Source: the human T2T-CHM13v2.0 reference genome, Homo sapiens
Strand: one strand, 5' to 3'
Assembly: GCF_009914755.1 (NCBI RefSeq)
Contig: NC_060942.1
DNA: 64,000 nucleotides
Shown here: one piece after another, positions 1 to 13,121 of the stretch
Numbering within the stretch: the first letter of the stretch is position 1
Layout: each line of letters opens with the position of its first letter
Position numbers and translations under genes: made by a program
The notes under the pieces: generated by a model
Told to the model about the DNA's origin: nothing
The model's input: only the letters and a program-made list of their open reading frames with translations
Database searches by the model: none

Positions 1-123
1 GTGGAGGTTGCAGTGAGCTGAGACGAGATCACACCACTGCACTCCAGCCTGGGTGACAGAGCGAGACTCCGTCAAAAACAAAAGACAAAAAACAAACAAA
101 CAAATAAACAAAAAACAAAAAAA
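1..123 (+). mobile_element. Alu right-arm 3' end with (CAAA)n-degenerated tail, truncated by the window edge
   Basis: GAGGTTGCAGTGAGC...CACTGCACTCCAGCCTGGGTGACAGAGCGAGACTCCGTC followed by an A-rich/CAAA tail. Confidence 0.95.
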
Positions 124-1667
124 CAGGGACATCTGTAATGATGAAGAAACTACTATTTTTTAATTGGGGTTAAAGGTATAACCCCAATTTTTGTATCTGG
201 GAAGAGAAAAGGTTGAATTAAATGTTCTCTGCTATCCTTCCCCACTCTAAAACTCTGTGGATAATTCCAGTGGAACCCCATTGAGGGGTTCCAATTCACT
301 TTTGTCTGCACTTTTTGCAGAGAAATCTCAGGGAGAAAGCAGGGCTGTCTTACCTTCCACCTCTAAGGAGTTCTCTTGTGCTCTTTTACTCCAGTGTTGG
401 CTCCAGGACCTTGGGTAGAGGGTGCTGGTGATATGAGGTGGTCCAGGAGCTCATGAGGAAAAGCAAATGATAGGCAGCATCAGAACTCAGAGTTCTGGGT
501 CCAGTGGAGCCCTCGGGCTGCCTCAAGGGAGGCCACTTAGTTTTCTATTTCCCTATGTAAAATAAGACTCCTCCAAAAATAAAACTGTCACCTGTAGCAC
601 TAAGTTACGTGCTATCACACGAGATCATGTGGAACTTCCTGCGTATTTCTTGTTGATCCAAGAAGTCTAGATTTTAAGTTCTAAATATCAACTTAGAGGA
701 CAACTACTGAAGCCTAATTTTGGAGGAGAGGAAAGAGTGCAGGGCCACCTTTCTTTAGGGAGAAACTCTGGGCTTCCTGAGAAGTTAGAGAACTGGGGAA
801 AATGAAACCACAGCCCAGAGCCTGCGATAGGGGTGGGGAGTGGAGGCTGGAGCTGTGCTCAAGGTCAGGCTTCTCCTCTCCCCTCCCAGGGCACTGGAGC
901 TCCAGCAGTGAACCCAGAGTGAATATTCGCTCTGTCATCCACCCTGGGCAATCCCTTTAAACCAGGAGTCAACAGCGAGGACAGAAACATGAATGTGCTT
1001 TTAAAAGTCCTAAAAGTTCAGAGGATGATCATCAAGGTTTCCTACAGCCCTGGGCAAACCCTAGGAGTACTTTGTCTCCAGGTTCAAGCATGTGCCTGTG
1101 AGAGGCGTGGCCCTCACCTTCCCTCCACCACAGGTTGAGGGAACCCTAAACCTCTTTTGCACAATATCAAGGAGTGCTGACTAATCCAACGCAGAAGCTG
1201 TGATGTTTGGCAGATGCAGAGGCAGAAAAGGTGTTTTGGGAAAGATCATCTTTAAACAACACGGCACCCTCATAGCCCATAGAGACAGTTCTCACCACTA
1301 CGCCAATAAACTTGGAAAAGACCAAACCAAACTTTACACATATTTCCTTTTTCTTTTTGATTCTATGCCCCCTCCCTCAGCCTCCCAAGCAGCAGGAATA
1401 CCCTGAAGGGCCCTGGGAACCCTTGCCCACTGAGTCCCACCTGGAAAGCACTTCCCTAGCTGGAGAGTCCTCCTCATCAGTTATGCTCTCCAGCACCCAC
1501 ACTGGAGAAACACAAACAACAGGAGAAGTCATTTGAGAGAGGCTACCCACTCCTACTCCCGCTGAAGCCCCACTGCTTCACACAGGATTCCCTGGTCTTT
1601 CCTCTGGGTTCACAGATATTCCTGCAGCCTCTCTGGCCATAGCTTTCTACTGGAAAGTCATTTGCTC

Positions 1668-1796
1668 TCACCAGGCCCGTAATGCTCCTTCCCAAAGGAA
1701 CCCAGAATCAGGTTTCCGTACACTAGATCCAGCAAGTTTGTTCCTCAGGAAGTGAGCCATTTCAGGGTAAATACTCCCCTCTGAGGTTGATGGCAT
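1668..1796 (-). other. Micro-exon chain, exon encoding MPSTSEGSIYPEMAHFLRNKLAGSSVRKPDSGFLWEGALRAW*
   Basis: Acceptor ttctataattgcag at 1797; 42 open codons; ends either at TGA 1668-1670 or at donor TG|gtgaga (1671). Confidence 0.6.
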
Positions 1797-2014
1797 CTGC
1801 AATTATAGAACACATTAGGAGGATTAGATGATGCCACGCATGTCACACATATCTGTTATTCTCTTGGCAACTTTAGAAAATTGTAAGTATAGTGGTAGAG
1901 TCAAAGGTCAAAGTCCCCCAAAACTAGCACAAAGTACACCTACAGAAAAGACAAGAACTTTTCCAACAGAATTTACCTTTAAGGTTTATTTAGATGGGCA
2001 GTTTCACAACTCTT

Positions 2015-2310
2015 TTTTATTTTTCTTTTTTTTTTTGAAGGAGTCTCGCTGTCCAGGCTGGAGTGCAGTGGCTTGATCTCGGCTCACTGAAACCTCCACC
2101 TCCCTGGTTCAAGCGATTCTCCTTCTTCAGCCTCCCAAGTATCTGGATTACAGGCGCATGTCACCAAGCCCAGCTAACTTTTGTATTTTTAGTAGAGACG
2201 GGGTTTCATCATGTTTGCCAGGCTAGTTTTGAACTCCTGACCTCAGGTGATCCGCCTGTCTTGGCCTCCCAAAATGCTGGGAATACAGGTGTGAGCCACC
2301 GGACCCAGCC
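2015..2310 (-). mobile_element. AluS-type SINE
   Basis: Full Alu on the minus strand; TSD tttcacaactctt at 2002-2014 and 2313-2325. Confidence 0.95.
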
Positions 2311-2574
2311 ACTTTCACAACTCTTAATCCATGGGGAAAACTGCTGCTGAGGGAAAGTCCTCTGCATTGCAGTGGATAGGGAATGCTGCCATCTACAAGG
2401 CCCCAGTATGCCAGGTGTGGGTTGGTGAGAGGCTGCCAACCAGTACCACCCAGCAAGGGAACTGTGGACATCATAGATAATGCACACTGTCAGATTCCCA
2501 TGTGTATATTTGACTGGAAAGGAAAGCAGCCAGGAAAGTAACATTTCGGTTTAAGACCAAGAAAAGTGTCTTAC

Positions 2575-2627
2575 ATTGCCAGCATCTTCTTTTTTGCAGA
2601 TGTCTCCTACAGCACCCTCAGGAGGAG
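2575..2627 (-). other. Micro-exon chain, 53-nt exon (T)PPEGAVGDICKKEDAGN
   Basis: Acceptor tgtgttctcctag, donor AAT|gtaaga; phase 1 to phase 0, matching both neighbours. Confidence 0.65.
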
Positions 2628-5193
2628 CTAGGAGAACACAGAGTAAGGGTCAGTGCCCTGGTGGTGGCAACTGTGTCACCCAGAGAGCTTTGCTTGGTGT
2701 GGTACATGGAGGTAGCTGATCACAGCATGTGCCAACCTGATGCTGGGCCATGCTCCAGGTGGAAGGAGGAGGGCAACAGAGAGAGCAGGAGGGAACTGAG
2801 ACAAGGAGGCCTAGGCCTTGTCCTTGTCCTAAGGCATCATGAAGCAGCACAAAGGAGTAAACCCAAAATGGACCTAAAATGCACACCAAGGTTCAACAGA
2901 AGGGTCCCTTCATCACTCACATGATTTGAAACTCTTCTATACAAACAAGACTTTCTTAACGTATTCAAGATTATCTCAGTGTACTAGAATCAAACTATGT
3001 TGGTACTGCATCTATTATCTATTTTACAGGATTTATCACTTGATTAAAAGCCAATTTTATTGGTGAAATAGATTCAATTTTAGGCAAATTATTCTATTTA
3101 TTGCAAATTCTTTTTCATACAGATTACCGAAACATTAAAAATACTGAAATACTACAGATTAGAAATAGTCATACTTTCCCCTTTTTAAGTCTTCTTGAGC
3201 CATGGTGCACGCACGGCACTCTTGGGCTGCTGTGATCAGGAGATCCAGGATCCTTTGTGCCACCCTCCCTGGAGACGTTACCTAGAGGTCTCGCTTCAGG
3301 CAAAGAGGTCAAGCTCAGAGCCTGCTGGATCTGCTCTGCTGAAGCTAAGGGACATGACTCAGACACGCTCTACAGTGGGAAGCGGTTTCCAGGTTCAGAT
3401 ATGCATCATCTACTGAAATGAGGAAGTAGAAAAAATAGAAATTGACAAGTTCATGAGAAACTGCCCGTAAGTGCAGGTGTAATTATTTTTGTCAACTACC
3501 TTACATTCAGTATGTATTCAGACATATATAAGGTATTTTTATAAAAGTTGCAATTTTTAATTTTTGTCAGTTATGTTAAATCTAACTTATCAGCTGTCAA
3601 TATAAAGACTCTACCTCATTTTCTTTGTGGTTTCCAGAAAATCTAGCACATGGTAAGTAGAACACCAAAATATTTATTAAATGAAAACGCAGAGCAGGGG
3701 TTGGGGACAGGCAGGCACGCAGGCAGGCAGTTATATTTGCTTACCTGGATGATAGTAAACTACACAAAACCTTAGTTAGATTAATACTGAAATTGCCTTC
3801 TGCTTTGGCTGTTTGCCGTTTTGGAAGAAGGACAACAATGAAGATGAACAGGAAAGAAATGAGAAACAGAGACCTTTGCTTACTAGCTAAAGGCTACCTA
3901 CTGTAACACGAAATTGTCTACAAATGGTTTTCAACTCTGCGTGCTGTAATTCAGTGACAGAGTTCCCTAATTCCTCCTGTCTGGCTTCAAGTCCAGCTAC
4001 ATCGCCGCTGTCTTCTTTACAACTTGCAAGATGCTGCTGCTACTGCACTTATCTGCTGTATGAGATTTACACTTGTTTTAAAGCAAAACTTTATTTCACG
4101 TAGGCTAATGGCCAGGCAGGCTACACTAGTCAGTTAACAGTGAGACGGTTCCTCATGGAGGAAAGGTTAGGTTGAGGCTGAGGGTCCTTAATCCAGATGT
4201 ATAACAGAGTTGCCACGAGGCAACGGAAACCACACTGAGTGGAGCAGTGTTCTTATCTGTCTCTCTTCACCATTTTTAGCTGGCAGGTTTTGAGCATTTT
4301 AGGGCTTGTGAACATTACTAAATCTACTGAAATATATCACTGATCCTTATAAGCTTTGGCCAGCTGCTGAGCAAAATAACTTCAGAACTGTTCTATATGG
4401 TCCCCCACATCTTAGAACCTGTGAGCTGACCCAAAACATCCGGGGATCTTTGTGCTTTTGACACTGAGGACTATGCTGGTCTGTAGGAAGATGTGCCTAT
4501 AACTGCTCTGGGTTATGTGACCATGGAGGTCACTTTATGGTGATGGGCAGAGTCTGGGATCTCTCAGGCTCAGTGCTTTAGGGCTTGTACATGAATGCTG
4601 GACTCCTGCATGGTGATGAACACCCTGTGACTGACGCATAAGTGCATGTCAGCAGGTGACTGTCAGCATTGGGCCACACACCTGAGCTCATGTTTTGACT
4701 TTTTCATTCAGGAGCTCAAAAGCTGGGGCCACTCCCATTGGCCCTTCAGATTCTCCACCTGAGCAGTGAGGGTAATGAAAGGTGGCTCTGGCACGGGTGA
4801 ATGAGTCATGTATGGAGAGAGTAGAACAGGGGTGGATTTTACTTTTTAGAAGTGGAGACTGGCAATTGTGCTGTGTAAATGGAAAATCTCTCCTGAGAAA
4901 ACACACAGCCTCCCCTATACGAAAACACACACAATCATATCACACGATGCAGACTCATAAGACACCAGGCAAGCGCACAGCCCACCGCCCCCATAGGAAT
5001 GCAGCTGCTTCATCAGATGGAGACATTTGGTCATAATTTTTGCCTGGAGAACTTAAAAAAAAAAGTCCACTACCCTTATTCCTATCAGAATCCCAGAATC
5101 AGGGTGGCTCTTCACATTGAAGCCAGCAAGGATGTCACACCTTTCTTGACATCCAGACTTTTCTTTCTCAGCAAGTAATTCCAGAGTACTTAC

Positions 5194-5227
5194 TGGAGTC
5201 ACACCTCAGAGGGGCCACCTGCACGAC
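5194..5227 (-). other. Micro-exon chain, 34-nt exon VVQVAPLRCDS
   Basis: Acceptor ctttgtttctgtattgcag, donor CCA|gtaagt; phase 0 to phase 1. Confidence 0.65.
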
Positions 5228-5686
5228 CTGCAATACAGAAACAAAGCTATATGAGGGGCACATTGAGCTGTGGATTGTTTGCACCTGGCTCTGTTTCTCT
5301 CAAAGAGCATTAAAAACTGCATCAGAAACTGTAGTCAACTCCAAGGCTCCCAAAACAAGGGTAGGATGCACACTGGAAAAGACATGAGCTTTTCCTAGAA
5401 GGTGTATCTCTTAGGTCCATTTAGGTCGGCAAGTGCAAAATGCTTAATCCAAGAAGACATTGCTTCCAAGAACAAGGACCCCAGGGATACAGTCTATAAC
5501 CTGAGGCCATCATACGTAAATGTCATTTTGGGTTACATATCAGTTGCTAAGAATCTCTTCTTCCACCACCCCAGAAAACAGTATTTAATGTCTATAATGC
5601 ACATCGTTTTTTTCACATGTAAAATTAATTGAAAAAGCAACCAAGAAAGGAACATGTCTATTTTAGGGAAAGCAAGGCAACCTCAC

Positions 5687-5748
5687 CCTCACGTCGATCG
5701 GCCTCTCTTCATCTCCTCTGCCCTCATGAGCTGGAAACTCCTGCGAGG
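5687..5748 (-). other. Micro-exon chain, 62-nt exon SQEFPAHEGRGDEERPIDVR
   Basis: Acceptor ctctgtgtccttctag, donor AGG|gtgagg; purine-rich; phase 1 to phase 0. Confidence 0.65.
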
Positions 5749-7069
5749 CTAGAAGGACACAGAGCAACTGTCGGTCATAGATGCTTCTGTTCATGATTTA
5801 TCCAGGGAGCTCTGCTGAAGGTAGACAATAGGACAGTGTGTGTGGATGTGTTCGGTTAAAAGCACAGCTTGGACTGCGCTAGAAAATTTTTCCTCATGAA
5901 AAGACAGGCAAGAAAGAGGAGCATGAAAGGAGTGAGAAACTGAGTCCCTGGCATTTTGCTAATGGCAACCTAACGCAACAAGAATAAGTCAGTCTACAAA
6001 CAGTACTGAAGTACATGCTGTAATTTGATGAGAATCCCATTACTCACACTGCTGGTTTTGAAACCCAGCTAAATGGTTTTCTAAACCCCGTAAAACAATA
6101 TTAGCTTGTAAGATTTATGCCCCAAGACCATTTTTATGTCAATGGATCCACATTGGCTGTCACTGCAGTTATTATGTGTTTTAGGATTTTGCACTTGAAT
6201 AAAAGCAAAGTTTAATGGACAGATTGGATTCAATTCCAGGCAAAACAGTCTATTGTATTTATTCACTAATCCTTTGTTATAATCAATGACAGAATTAGAA
6301 ACACTGAAATTATATCCTTTAAAATAACCATTATTAATAACCCACTATTTTTTCATCCAGACCGCCTTTTCTTTGTCATGTATGCATATTAGTTGAGTTT
6401 GAAGAATATCTGTGCTTGTTCTGGCCAGCTGATGTTGGACAGTTTATTTCAGGAGAGGAGATGTGGGTTGAATACTGGTATGTTTTAACTCTGCAGTACA
6501 AACAGTTGCAACAAGTTTGGTGAACTAATCACCAAATGGCCCTTTGCTGCCTTATTTGTCATTGTGCCTCATGTGTAGCTTGCAGGATTTGATCACTCCT
6601 AGGTCTTTTGGTGATAATACACTCTACTGTTTCAAAAATATTTCTTCAATCCTACCTGTTTGGGGCCAAATGCTGAGGAGTATCCTCAGCACTGAAAGAA
6701 GTTCATGAAAGTCTCTCAGTGCTGCTTCCCAGTGACCAGAACTTGTGACCTGGCCATGGCATGAGAAGTATCTGGGCCCTCTCTGTACTGCCCACACCAA
6801 TGACTATGCCCAGTGATACAGTTACATTCACTGATGTCTGCCCTAAGCTATGTGATTACTGTGGCCACCCTGTAATCACAGCCAATGCCTGGGATGTCTG
6901 CAGACTCGCAGAATTCTAGGACACACATGAGTGAGGGAGCCACCTATGCTTATAACTCATGGCAGGGTTGAGAGCTACCCTTCTCGGCGTGATAACTGCA
7001 GTTCAACGACTCACTTGCTTCAGCCTTGGGGCCACATGTCTAGGTTCACATCTTGTCTCCTTCACTTAG

Positions 7070-7190
7070 GATCCTGCAAGTTTGGGCACATTCATTTAGC
7101 ACCTCAGTTTCTCCATCTAAGGAGTCTGGACAGTAAACTACCACAACTTAGGTGAGGTTTGCAGTGAGGGTTGAATGGGGTACTAAAAGT
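7070..7190 (+). mobile_element. MIR fragment
   Basis: MIR-core-like ttgggcacattcatttagcacctcagtttctccatct...gtgagg. Confidence 0.55.
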
Positions 7191-9635
7191 AAAGTGTGTG
7201 TTGTGTATGGTCAGCAAGGTCAATTAGAGGTGAACTGACTTGCCTGAGGTCTCACAACTTAGCAAGATTCAGAGCTGCTTTCAAACCCAGGAGATAAGCT
7301 TCCAAGTCAGGGCTGATTCCATAACACAGACCTGTTTTGTCCAAAAATAACCACTTCAGCTTAGCCCAAACTTGGTTTTGAAGGAATCAGATAGCTCTAG
7401 GTGTCAAAAATGCTTTTGGTGACATCCTGATTCCATGCAGTGGCTACTTCCAAAAAAAATTTTTTTTAAGTGAGTGCTGTCTACAAAATGAACCAGTAAC
7501 CTGACAAAAAATCCACAGATACCTGGTCCAATGGGATGAACACCAGTTTACCTGGAGAGGAGAGTGACCTGCTATATCATCTTGGTGTTCTAAACTCATG
7601 ATACACTATTATCTCATATGACTTATTCCTCCCAAATGTAAGTGGCTCTGCCTGAGCCCACTGCCCAGCTACAGAGATGAGCACAGCCCAGCCTTGGAGC
7701 AGTGCTTGGGATGAAGCGACAGGAGAACCATTTTGGGCATCTCTTACCTCTGAGGAGGGCAATGGGTTGGGTGAAAGTATATTATTGATATGTCTGTAAG
7801 TAGAGAATTCTGGGTAATACACAAAAAATATGTTTAGGAATCATGTTGTGGTAGTTAAATGGACCTAGACACAGACATTATCATTAGATATTTGGGAAAA
7901 CTCATGATATGAGGAGAAGCAAAAGCAACAGGCTCTCACACGTCATGAGCTCAGTATACATTTCCGTCTCAGGAAAAGAAGGAAGCCATGTTAAAAGGAA
8001 GGTCAGGCTTCCTTCATTTGTGAAATGCTTCCCTGCACATTTCCTCCACTCCAGATTCACTGTAAATTTCTGATATTAGTAATTTAAAAGGTAATTAATG
8101 ATGTTAAAGCAAAAACAAAATAGACATTGCCATATTCTTCCAGTTACTAGCTAACAGGGAGCCTTGGTGTGCAGAACAGAATGAGAAATACTACGTATTA
8201 CTAAAAGGAAAAAAACAAAGACATCATCTTGAAGAAAGAACTAAAACTATAAATTGTGGAATAAGAAGACAAATTATTTTTTGAACAATCTAACTAGGCC
8301 ATTTGGAAGGACATCATTCAGTAGGGAGTATGAATTTAACTGTACAGTAGCAATATACATTTCATATCTTGAGAAAATAGATATGAAGCCAATAACTTCT
8401 CTACCTTTTTATATATAGAAAATATGAAATAATGTATAAGAATGTATTAGTGTTAACAAGTTCAAAGTTGCAGAGTATAAGGTTGACACTCAAATGGCAG
8501 CTGTGTTAATATACACCAACAATGAACAGTCCAATAAGAAAATTGCATATGTAATTCCATTTACAATAACATGTAAAATGATTACATACTTAGTAAGATA
8601 GCTAACCAAGGAAGCAAAATACTTATACCTCAATAAGAACAAAACATTGCTGAAATAAAGTAAAGAGGATATAAATAAGTAGAAAGGCATCCTGTATTCA
8701 TGGACAGGAAGACTAAACATTATTCAAGTGCAATACTATACAAAGTGATGTACAGATGCACCACAACCCCTGTCAAACTGCTGACAACCATGTTTGCAAA
8801 AATGGATAAGAAAACCCTCAATTTTGAATGAATTTTCCAGGGGTCTCAAATATTCAATAACATTGTAAAAGAATTGTGTTGGAGGACACACGTTTATGAG
8901 ATTGAAATGTACAATACAGTTACATATACTCAGAAAGTATGGTCCTAGAATTAGGGCACCCATAAGGACCACTGGGACTGATAGGCCAGAATTAAACGCA
9001 TACATATATAGCCAAGTGATCTTCAACAAAGTGCCATAAATATACAATGGAAAGTGGAAAGCCTCTTCAGCAAATGATGTTGGTAAAACTGCACATTCTC
9101 ATTCAGATAAACAAACTGAATGCTTACTTTACACCATATGAAAAATTAATTCAAAATGTGTCAGAGACCTAAATATAAGAGCTAAAATTATAAAACTCTC
9201 AGAAGAAAATATTGGGATAAGGTTTCATAGCAGTGAATTTAGCAACCTTTTAATGAATATGACACTAAAAATAAGGCAATGCTTAAAAAAATCAATTTTT
9301 ATCCCAGAACTTAAAGTATAATAAATAGAAAAAAATCAATTTTATACAAATTAAGGAAGTTTGTACATCTAAAGTTCTAAACAAAGGGAGAAATATTTGC
9401 AAATTATACATCTTGTAAGAAATTAAAAATTAGAATATATTCTAAAACTCCTAAAAATCTACAACAACAATAAACAAAAGACAAAAGACAATTCTAAAAA
9501 TGGGCAAAGTACCTGAATATATAAGTCTCTAAAGGAGGTATACCCAGCAGAGGAAAAGCTGCTCGGCATCATTAGTCATTAGGGAAATGCAAGTGAAAAG
9601 CACAAACAGGTACCAATATACACCTACTAGGATAA

Positions 9636-9926
<291 letters not shown>

Positions 9927-9935
9927 TTAGGATAA

Positions 9936-10236
<301 letters not shown>

Positions 10237-10753
10237 GGATAATTTTTTTAAAGGAAAATAGTTTAAAATAAGTGTTTAAAGGAAAACAAGAAATTATAAC
10301 TGTGATACATTGCTGGTAGAAATGTATAAAGTTGCAATCACTGTGAAAAACAGTTTGCAGTTGCTCCAAAGGTTAAACATAGAACTACCACTGGACCCAG
10401 GAATTCTAGTAGTAGGTATATACCAAAAAGAATGGCAAACAGCACTTAAACAGATATTTGTACACTAATGTTGATAGCATCACTATTCACAAGGGCCAAA
10501 AGATGGAAAAATCCAACTATCAGTGAACAAATGAATGTATAAAAACAAAGTGGTATATACATGTAATGGTACATCATCCATCTGTAAAAAACAATTTTGA
10601 TATATGATACAATGCGGATGGATACTGAAAACACTATGCCTAATGAAATAAGCCAGACACAAAAGGAATATTGTAGGATTCTACTAAAATCAAGTGCCTA
10701 GAATAATCAAATGCACAGACACAGAAGATGGGATAGAAATTACCATGGGCTGG

Positions 10754-13121
10754 TACCAACCAGTCTTGTAAGGTGCAGTTGGAAACCGGGGACATGGCAG
10801 CACCCGGCCCAGTGCTCTGCCTTTTGGACGTTGATGGGACCCTGACCACCCCGCAGCAGAAAATTACCAAAGAAATGGATGACTTCCTACAAAAATTGAG
10901 GCAGAAGATCAAAATCGGAGTGGTAGGCAGGTTGGACTTTGAGGAAGCGCAGGAGCAACTGGGAAATGCTGTGGTTGAAAAATATGATTACGTGTTTCCA
11001 GAAAATGGCTTGGTAGCACACAAACATGGGAAATCCTCGTGTAAATGGAATATTCAAAGTCACCTGGGTGAGGTCCAAATCCAAGATTTAATCAACTATT
11101 GTCTGAGCTGCAATGCAAAAATTAAACTCCTGAAGAAGAGGGGTACTTTAATTGAATTCTGAAATGGGATGTTAAACATGTCCCCTATTTGGAAGAAGCT
11201 GCAGACAAGAAGAATGCATTGAGTTCTATGAATTCAATAAAAGAGAAAATATAAGAGAAAAAGTTGTAGCAGATCAAGGAAAGAGTTTGCAGGAAAAGCC
11301 CTCATGTTTTTCACAGGAGGCCAGATCAGCTTTGATGTCTTTCCTGATGGATGGGGCAAGAGGTATTGCCTGTGACATGTGAAAAACGACGGTTATAAAG
11401 CCATTTATTTCTTTGGAGACAAAATCATACCAGGTGGCAACGACCACGAGACCTTCACAGACTCCAGAACCGTGGGCTACTCCATGACTGTGCCTGAGGA
11501 CACACGCAGGATCTGTGAAGAGCTTGCCTAATGTGTGAGTGGGAGGGGCAGGGGTGGTCCCGGCTGACTAGCCAGCAAGGGGCATTCGGTGGCCAAAGCC
11601 AAGGGCCCTCCTGCATATGCTCACCCACCCACAGCCCAGCCAAGCTCTGTGTACTGTGCCAAGCATGTGTGGTCTTGACCTGCACCCCTGACATGCCGTG
11701 CCTCCACCTCCAGTGCCAGAAGCTTCCAGAAGGGAGGAGAAAAGAGTTGTCAAGAATTGCTTAGAGGAATACCTCACATGAAAGATTTTCCCCACCCATC
11801 CGCGGCCCCCTAGTCTAATATACCCACCCCAATATGTGCAATCACAGTACACATGGTTTTTGGGGAAATTTCCCCATCACTCCAGGGTGATACGGAAAGA
11901 AAAAATGTGCCTGGACCCTCCCTCTTTGTGGGTCTTGTGAAAACATCAGCGATTTTAACGTCTGGATGCGTCAGCACCAAAACGGGGATTTGGTGATGAG
12001 AAAGCAAGGACAGGCCATCTGCAGTGGCCCACCCCAGGACAGAAGTTTACAGACACCTCCTGGAACCAAACTCCCGCCTGCAGGTTGCCTCGATGCAGGT
12101 GGTGGCTGTGAGCAGGGGCAGTGTGACACCCAGTGAGTAGATGCACTCCTTCTGTTTTCCTGTTTGTGAAGCTGAGGCCTGCTGGACAGATGGCTGGCGG
12201 ACTGACAGCAAACCCCATGGAGTTTGCACCTCAGCTGGCCCTGCCTCAGCCAGCTCTGTATTTACTACACTAGGAATAGCCTGGCTGATTTTCTGTATCC
12301 ATGACGGGAGGCAATGGGAACCAACAGCCCAGCTGGAGAGTTGGTGCTGGCAAAACAGTCCTTCCCCTGGGGGCCGGTTCTTACCCAGGTCCAGAGAAAC
12401 TAATGTAGGATGTCAGACTTCACCAAAAGGCCCTTCCAGTTGGCTCTGGCTGGGCTTCCCAGAGGCGTTCCTCTCTAGTTCCTCAGGGACGTGTGAGAAC
12501 CTGGCTAGGGAAGAGGAACAGGGGCTGTTCTCCTGTCAGCGCCTACTCAGCCCCTCACCCGGACTTTATGACTGAGGGGCCTGAGTGCAGCTGCAGCTGG
12601 GCCTGCGTCCCTCACTCTTTCCACCTTCTGCACATTCTTTGTGAAACTGGAAGGAGCTCACAGACCTCATCCAGAACACAGTGGAAGAGAACTTGCCTAG
12701 GAAACAGTTCACGTCTCACTTTTCAGGATGTGGAAATGCTGGGACCCACAGACCCTACATTGGTTGGTGCTGGGGCCATGTGGCCTCCACTGGGCACTTG
12801 CCGATCTGAGTATGGGGCCAGGGGGGCCCAGGCTGCCCTGCACTCCCACCTCCCAGCCCACAGCAAGGTGCTTTCATCACAGCGAAACCTGGTTCCCTCC
12901 AAACCTCCTAGCCACTCGGGCCTGTTAGCTGTCTGAGCCCCAGATCAGGTTGGGCGAAAGCAGGCAGCACCTCATCACAGTGACTCCCAGAACACGGCCA
13001 TCCACAGGCATCTTTCCTTGTTGAGTTTTGCAAATGATACTGTAACGACTTCAAAATGAAAAGTAGCACATTAAAATGATTTTATTGTTTCCTAAAAAAA
13101 AAAAAAAAAAAGAAAAGAAAA
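10754..13121 (+). pseudogene. PMM2P1: Processed pseudogene of PMM2 (phosphomannomutase 2), full-length mRNA copy
   Basis: Intronless [18 protein letters not shown]...KKRGTLIEF* from ATG 10794. TGA at codons 123 (11160) and 194 (11373); +1 and -1 indels near 11190 and 11277; stop region ~11529. About 1.55 kb of 3' UTR, ATTAAA at 13070-13075, poly-A from 13094. 19-bp TSD agaaattaccatgggctgg at 10735-10753 and 13122-13140. The pseudogene number (P1 vs P2) is from memory. Confidence 0.95.

Noticed and set aside
354-449. Possible further 3' exon of the chain (donor AAG|gtaaga)
   Set aside because: Needs a rare GAG acceptor and contains an in-frame TAG; left out of the model.
3745-3900. 156-nt candidate minus-strand exon with a strong CAG|gtaagc donor
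   Set aside because: Introduces an early TAG in the chain frame; at most a non-coding or poison alternative exon.
4209-4224. Palindromic GTTGCC-acga-GGCAAC X-box-like site
   Set aside because: The 4-nt spacer is longer than usual for RFX sites and there is no supporting context.
10773-11162. 129-aa phosphomannomutase-like ORF as a functional gene
   Set aside because: Stops at codon 123 of 246, is intronless, and has a poly-A tail and TSD: a processed pseudogene.
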